Source: an uncultured Candidatus Saccharibacteria bacterium
Lineage (GTDB): Bacteria; Patescibacteriota; Minisyncoccia; Phycocordibacterales; UBA918
Direction of reading: 5' to 3'
Length of the DNA: 64,000 nt
Assembly (NCBI GenBank): GCA_964350985.1
Contig: CAYGLK010000001.1
Span: 457,973 to 521,972, forward strand
Under the pieces are notes generated by a model, which saw only the letters and a program-made list of their open reading frames with translations, was not told the origin of the DNA and did not search any database. A program made the position numbers and the translations under genes. Positions 59,758-64,000 of this stretch are shown here, piece by piece (the first letter of the stretch is position 1; each line of letters begins with the position of its first letter).

Positions 59758-61572
59758 CTACTCCACTGTCACACTCTTGGCTAAGTTTCTCGGACGATCG
59801 ACATTTAAGTCTTTAGCGACTCCCACATAGTAAGCGAATAATTGAAGCGGCAAAACAGAGACTATTGGTTGCAGCAAGGGATGAACTTTCGGTATGTAGA
59901 TCACATCATTAGCAACTTCAGCAATATGTAAGTCCCCTTCTGTAGCCAAAGCGATTACTGGCGCTGAGCGAGCTTTTACTTCTTCAATATTAGAAACCAT
60001 TTTTTCATAAACAGCATCTTGAGGTACTAAGGCAAAGATCGGAAAATCTTTATCAAGCATTGCAATAGGACCGTGTTTTAATTCTCCTCCAGCATAAGCT
60101 TCTGCATGAATATAGGTGACTTCTTTAAGTTTAAGTGAACCTTCATAAGCAATAGGCGCATGGAAAGTCCGTCCTATATACATAAAGTCTCTGTAACCAG
60201 AATATTTTTTAGCGATTTTTTGTATTTGTGCTGAATTTCTTAAAACTGCCCTCAGCACATCTGGTAATTCTTTTAATGCTTTAGAAATCTCCAAACCTTC
60301 AGCTTTAGTCATTCCCCTCTCTCGCGCCAAGAATAAAGTAAACAAAGCAAAGGCGGTTAGCTGAGAAATAAAGGCCTTGGTAGAAGCAACAGCTACTTCT
60401 GGACCAGCGTGGCTGTGAATACCAGCATCGACTTCTCTCGAGATTGCTGAACCAACCACATTAACCATGCCGAGAGTTAACATGCCCATTTTTTTGGCTT
60501 TCTCAAGTGAAGCTCTAGTATCTGCCGTTTCCCCAGACTGACTAACAAAAAAGGCGGCCGCTTTTTTATCTGGATAAGTTTTCTTATAGCGATACTCACT
60601 ACCAAGCTCTACCTCAACCGGTAGTCTAGCGTACTCTTCGAGCATATAGCGCCCAACTAAGCCGGCATAGTACGCTGACCCACAACCAATTATATGTAAC
60701 CTTTCAATATTTCTAATGCTAGTTAAAACATTCTCTAAACCACCAAGCTTAGCTGTCCCTTCCTCAGCTGAGATGCGTCCGCGAATAGTGTTCTCTACTA
60801 CTTCAGGAGCTTCAAATATTTCCTTAAGCATAAAGTGTTCATAACCATTTTTTTGAACTGCTTCATGGCTCCATTCTATTTGTTCTGACTTTTTCTTTCG
60901 CTTAGCACCAGCGATGGTAGTTATTTCATAATCATCTTTAGTAACTACTGCCATATCACCATCGTCTAAGTAAACCACTTCTTTAGTATGTACTAGTAAC
61001 GCGGAAGGGTCTGAAGAAATAAAATTTTCATTTTTACCGATACCAAGAACAATCGGACTACCTAAACGTGCTACCACCACCTTTTCTGGCTCACGTTCAC
61101 TCATCACTGCAATACCGTAAGTACCACGAACCGCCTTAAGTGCAGAGCGAGTCGCTTGGAGTAGGTTGCCTCGGTAAAAAGAACCGATTAACTTTATTAA
61201 AACCTCAGTATCAGTATCAGACTCAAAACGAATACCTTGGACCGTTAGTCCTTCTTTTAATTCACGATAATTTTCAATGATTCCGTTGTGGACTAGCCAG
61301 AGAGACTGGCTCATATCATGATGCGGATGAGCATTTTTTTCAGTTGGAGCACCGTGAGTTGCCCAACGAGTGTGTGCAATACCAGCAGTACCTTTAAAAC
61401 TGTCAGTGATTTTACTAGCAAGGTTTTTTATCGGACCAGCAGCTTTTATCGCTCCTTGTCCAGCGATGAAAATACCAGCAGAATCATAACCGCGATATTC
61501 AAGCGTCCTCAATCCTTCAAGTAGAATCGGTGCTGCTTGTTTTTTACCAACGTATCCAAATATTCCACACAT
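59758..61572 (-). CDS. glmS: glutamine--fructose-6-phosphate transaminase
   Basis: MCGIFG, HTRWATHG, SQSGETADT, PRNLAKSVTVE. Confidence 0.98.
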   Translation of the reverse strand: MCGIFGYVGKKQAAPILLEGLRTLEYRGYDSAGIFIAGQGAIKAAGPIKNLASKITDSFKGTAGIAHTRWATHGAPTEKNAHPHHDMSQSLWLVHNGIIENYRELKEGLTVQGIRFESDTDTEVLIKLIGSFYRGNLLQATRSALKAVRGTYGIAVMSEREPEKVVVARLGSPIVLGIGKNENFISSDPSALLVHTKEVVYLDDGDMAVVTKDDYEITTIAGAKRKKKSEQIEWSHEAVQKNGYEHFMLKEIFEAPEVVENTIRGRISAEEGTAKLGGLENVLTSIRNIERLHIIGCGSAYYAGLVGRYMLEEYARLPVEVELGSEYRYKKTYPDKKAAAFFVSQSGETADTRASLEKAKKMGMLTLGMVNVVGSAISREVDAGIHSHAGPEVAVASTKAFISQLTAFALFTLFLARERGMTKAEGLEISKALKELPDVLRAVLRNSAQIQKIAKKYSGYRDFMYIGRTFHAPIAYEGSLKLKEVTYIHAEAYAGGELKHGPIAMLDKDFPIFALVPQDAVYEKMVSNIEEVKARSAPVIALATEGDLHIAEVANDVIYIPKVHPLLQPIVSVLPLQLFAYYVGVAKDLNVDRPRNLAKSVTVE

Positions 61573-61695
61573 AAAAAATTATTTTAACTTTCCTTAATAT
61601 TACTCCGTTTTGTAAAGAAAGGTTACCAAGAAGTTAAATGAGTATTTATGAGTAGATTAAAATATGCTATGATCGTGCCACTGATATTAAGTATT

Positions 61696-61768
61696 GTCCG
61701 GTTAGCTCAGCTGGTAGAGCGCTACATTGACATTGTAGAGGTCACAGGTTCAAGTCCTGTATCGGACA
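61696..61768 (+). tRNA. tRNA-Val(GAC)
   Basis: GTCCGGT/ATCGGAC acceptor, CTACA-TTGACAT-TGTAG anticodon arm. Confidence 0.94.
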
Positions 61769-61842
61769 CATGAGTATACAAAACAACCCTGCCTTTAAAG
61801 GCAGGGTTGTTTTGTATAGGAAGCAAAGAGTTTTGCTTCCGC

Positions 61843-62030
61843 ACTCAAGTGTCAGACGGAGACATGTTTTGGCTATCACTAATGCCAAAACAGTCGAGTC
61901 CGGGGAGGAAGTTCTTATGAACGTAGTGAATTAGAAACTTGACCCCACAAAAAAGTAAGATTTTTATGAGCGAAGCGAAATAAAGTAGCCAATTAGGATA
62001 CTGAATCTGTAAGATTCAAGTCCTGTATCG
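61843..62030 (+). mobile_element. hairpin element(s) at tRNA-Val with direct copy of tRNA 3' end
   Basis: GAACGTAGTGAA and GAGCGAAGCGAA tips; TTCAAGTCCTGTATCG at 62015-62030 equals 61749-61764. Confidence 0.65.
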
Positions 62031-62098
62031 ACGACAAAGTTAGTTTAATTCTGCGGGATTAGGTTTGACATCGGCAGAGAAAAGACTATACTCCAAGA

Positions 62099-62237
62099 CA
62101 GCTGCTCGTTTGGGACGCGCAGATGCTTCTTCACTCGACAATTTCGTCCTCCCCTTCGAAAGGTCGTCGACTGCTGAAACCAAAGCGCGTCCCAGCGAGC
62201 AGGCTGGTTCTTTAGAGCTCGCGTTAAGCGGGTTTTT
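62099..62237 (+). ncRNA. candidate rod-like ncRNA 1
   Basis: TTGACA-16-TATACT promoter, GC-rich closing stem of about 20 bp, terminator. Confidence 0.5.
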
Positions 62238-62284
62238 ATTTTGTTAAAATTGACAGCGATCAACATTTAAATATAATAAAATTC

Positions 62285-62442
62285 TGCTGCTGACCGCGAC
62301 CGGCTATAAAGTCGTTGGGTGGCCATGGGTTCTAGTTTCCTTACTGAAGGAGCTAGGGGCGGTGGGCCTTTCTGACTCAGGGCGCGGAAGCAGCAACCCC
62401 TAAACCTCTCTAGCAATACAACGCGAAAGAGGTTTTCTTTTT
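62285..62442 (+). ncRNA. candidate rod-like ncRNA 2
   Basis: TTGACA-16-TATAAT promoter, nested stems, terminator. Confidence 0.5.
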
Positions 62443-62480
62443 ATATTTGACTTCTTTGGCTTAGTTTGATACATTTCAAT

Positions 62481-62618
62481 TTCGGCAGTGTCAGTGAGAG
62501 TAGGCTGTTAAATATTAGTCCCATCATATGGATTGGAGCCGCAAGCCTGCCACGAGCGGGAAGCATGAAGATCTGTACGAGGACCAGTGCTTGGTCTAAA
62601 TCTGCTGGTACTGCCGAA
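62481..62618 (+). ncRNA. candidate 6S-like RNA
   Basis: TTGACT-17-TACATT promoter; TTCGGCAGTGTCAG/CTGGTACTGCCGAA end pairing; central A/T-rich bubble; terminator. Confidence 0.5.
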
Positions 62619-62684
62619 AAACGCCAGGTTCCCCTTTAGCAATTCATCGCTATTGGGGGCCTTTTTATGCTATAAATGTCAATA

Positions 62685-63836
62685 ATGATCTTGCTTTCTA
62701 TCGAAACTAGCTGCGACGAGACCGCTATCAGTATCCTTAAGGTTGAAGGTGATTTTCCTAATGCTACATACGAAGTAATAGGCAACTCCCTTTTTTCACA
62801 AATTGATATTCATAAAGAGTACGGCGGAGTCTTTCCTGCCTTAGCCAAGCGTGAACACATCATTACAATCTTGCCTATGATGGAAAAAGCTTTAAAAGAA
62901 GCAGGTTTATCTTTAGAGCAGACGACACTGGACACAGAGAAAACAGAAAAGATTAAAGAACTTCTAAACCGCGAAGGTGATCTTGGAGAAGAGTTATTGG
63001 CATTTCATGAAAAATCTGGTCGGCCACAAATCGATGCCATCGCTGTCACTTGTGGACCAGGACTTGAACCAGCACTATGGGTTGGGGTAAATTTTGCCCG
63101 TGCGTTGTCTTTGCTTTGGGAAACTAAAGTCATTCCGGCTGATCATATGGAAGGACATATCTTAGCTTCTATTTTTGAAAATAATTCATTAAAGCAAGTT
63201 ACTTTTCCGGCCTTAGCTCTTTTAGTATCTGGAGGGCATACTGAATTGGTTCTCATGGAAACCTGGAGTCAATATAAAAAGGTTGGTCAAACTCGCGACG
63301 ACGCAGTTGGTGAAGCTTTTGATAAAGTCGCTCGTCTTCTTGGATTGCCATACCCTGGCGGACCACAAATCGGGAACCTGGCTGCCGAAGCTAGAACAGA
63401 AAACCTACCTCCTTTTGCCAAACTTCCCTTACCAATGCTTCATTCTGGAGATCTGGACTTTTCTTTCTCTGGACTGAAGACTGCAGTTCGTTATGCCATT
63501 GCTGACAAGAGCTTAACTGAAGATGAAAAGAAGGCTTTAGCCAGAGACTTTGAAGAAGCAGCGGTTGGAATACTAGTTAAAAAAAGTGCTGCGGCTATTA
63601 AAGAATTGAGCGTGAACAGCTTAATCTTAGGCGGCGGTGTCTCTGCTAATAGTTTCTTAAGAAAAGAAATAAAAAAGCTAGAAGATAATAGTCTCCAAGT
63701 GTATCTACCAGATGTCTCTCTTTCAACTGACAACAGTATTATGATCGCTCTAGCTGGTCACTCACACTTAAATGAGGCTATGTCTGCCACAGATTTTGCC
63801 ACCAATGTTCGCGCCAACGGCAATCAGTCACTCTAG
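62685..63836 (+). CDS. tsaD: tRNA t6A37 threonylcarbamoyltransferase TsaD
   Basis: IETSCDETA, HMEGH, VSGGHT, DDAVGEAFDK, FSFSGLKT. Confidence 0.96.
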   Translation: MILLSIETSCDETAISILKVEGDFPNATYEVIGNSLFSQIDIHKEYGGVFPALAKREHIITILPMMEKALKEAGLSLEQTTLDTEKTEKIKELLNREGDLGEELLAFHEKSGRPQIDAIAVTCGPGLEPALWVGVNFARALSLLWETKVIPADHMEGHILASIFENNSLKQVTFPALALLVSGGHTELVLMETWSQYKKVGQTRDDAVGEAFDKVARLLGLPYPGGPQIGNLAAEARTENLPPFAKLPLPMLHSGDLDFSFSGLKTAVRYAIADKSLTEDEKKALARDFEEAAVGILVKKSAAAIKELSVNSLILGGGVSANSFLRKEIKKLEDNSLQVYLPDVSLSTDNSIMIALAGHSHLNEAMSATDFATNVRANGNQSL

Positions 63837-63897
63837 AGCTAGTCACTTCAAATAAGACCAAAGTAATGTTACTATTCGCTATATAAATAGTCTTTTT

Positions 63898-64000
63898 ATG
63901 AACGAATACGAAAACAAATCCAAAATTCCAGAAATTTTCTTAAAGCCCTACGATCCAGCGGCTCACGAAAAAAATCTCTACACTCTTTGGGAAGAGTCGG
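63898..64000 (+). CDS. valS: valine--tRNA ligase N-terminus (partial)
   Basis: MNEYENKSKIPEIFLKPYDPAAHEKNLYTLWEESG matches the ValRS KxYDP..E..Y..WE..G start. Confidence 0.7.
   Translation, partial: MNEYENKSKIPEIFLKPYDPAAHEKNLYTLWEES

Noticed and set aside
61573-61695. glmS ribozyme upstream of glmS
   Set aside because: Interval is short and AT-rich with no recognisable ribozyme core.
62376-62395. TCAGGGCGCGGAAGCAGC as SRP RNA helix 8
   Set aside because: Lacks the GNRA-capped hairpin of the SRP motif, and these bases pair better with the 5' end of the unit; left as an unnamed ncRNA candidate.
1-64000. Alternative genetic code (TGA=Gly as in Gracilibacteria)
   Set aside because: Core genes translate full length under code 11 with no in-frame TGA interruptions.

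Overview
64 kb of a low-GC bacterial chromosome. Gene content points to Patescibacteria/CPR, probably Parcubacteria (inference from the short IF2, 4-domain S1, TrbC/VirB2-like pilin array, PEP-utiliser fusion and lack of biosynthetic operons). The backbone is housekeeping: dus, ftsQ, serS, dprA, topA, rel, parB, miaA, clpB, iscS, infB, rbfA, trhO, gyrA, rpsA, pth, lepB, rpsU, ybeY, ftsA, ftsZ, trxB, engB, bcp, glmS, tsaD and valS, plus 9 tRNA genes. The most unusual signal is non-coding. (1) A family of about 110-130 bp structured elements lies behind 8 of the 9 tRNAs and behind ftsZ. Each copy begins with an inverted copy of its own neighbour gene's 3' end, and most end by re-entering a direct copy of it. 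The internal hairpins show compensatory changes and a conserved GA-(GNA mini-hairpin)-GA tip. (2) At ftsZ, the downstream copy is a fully synonymously recoded FtsZ C-terminal tail. (3) Behind tRNA-Glu is an array of unrelated accessory gene cassettes separated by a 28-bp junction that ends in the tRNA 3' core; no integrase is present in the window. Also seen: a cyclodipeptide synthase-GNAT cassette under a duplicated trxB promoter, three tandem promoter/terminator-bounded rod-like ncRNA candidates, a DnaA-box array, and a TrpR-like gene bracketed by palindromes. All calls are by eye from the sequence and ORF track; no searches were run.
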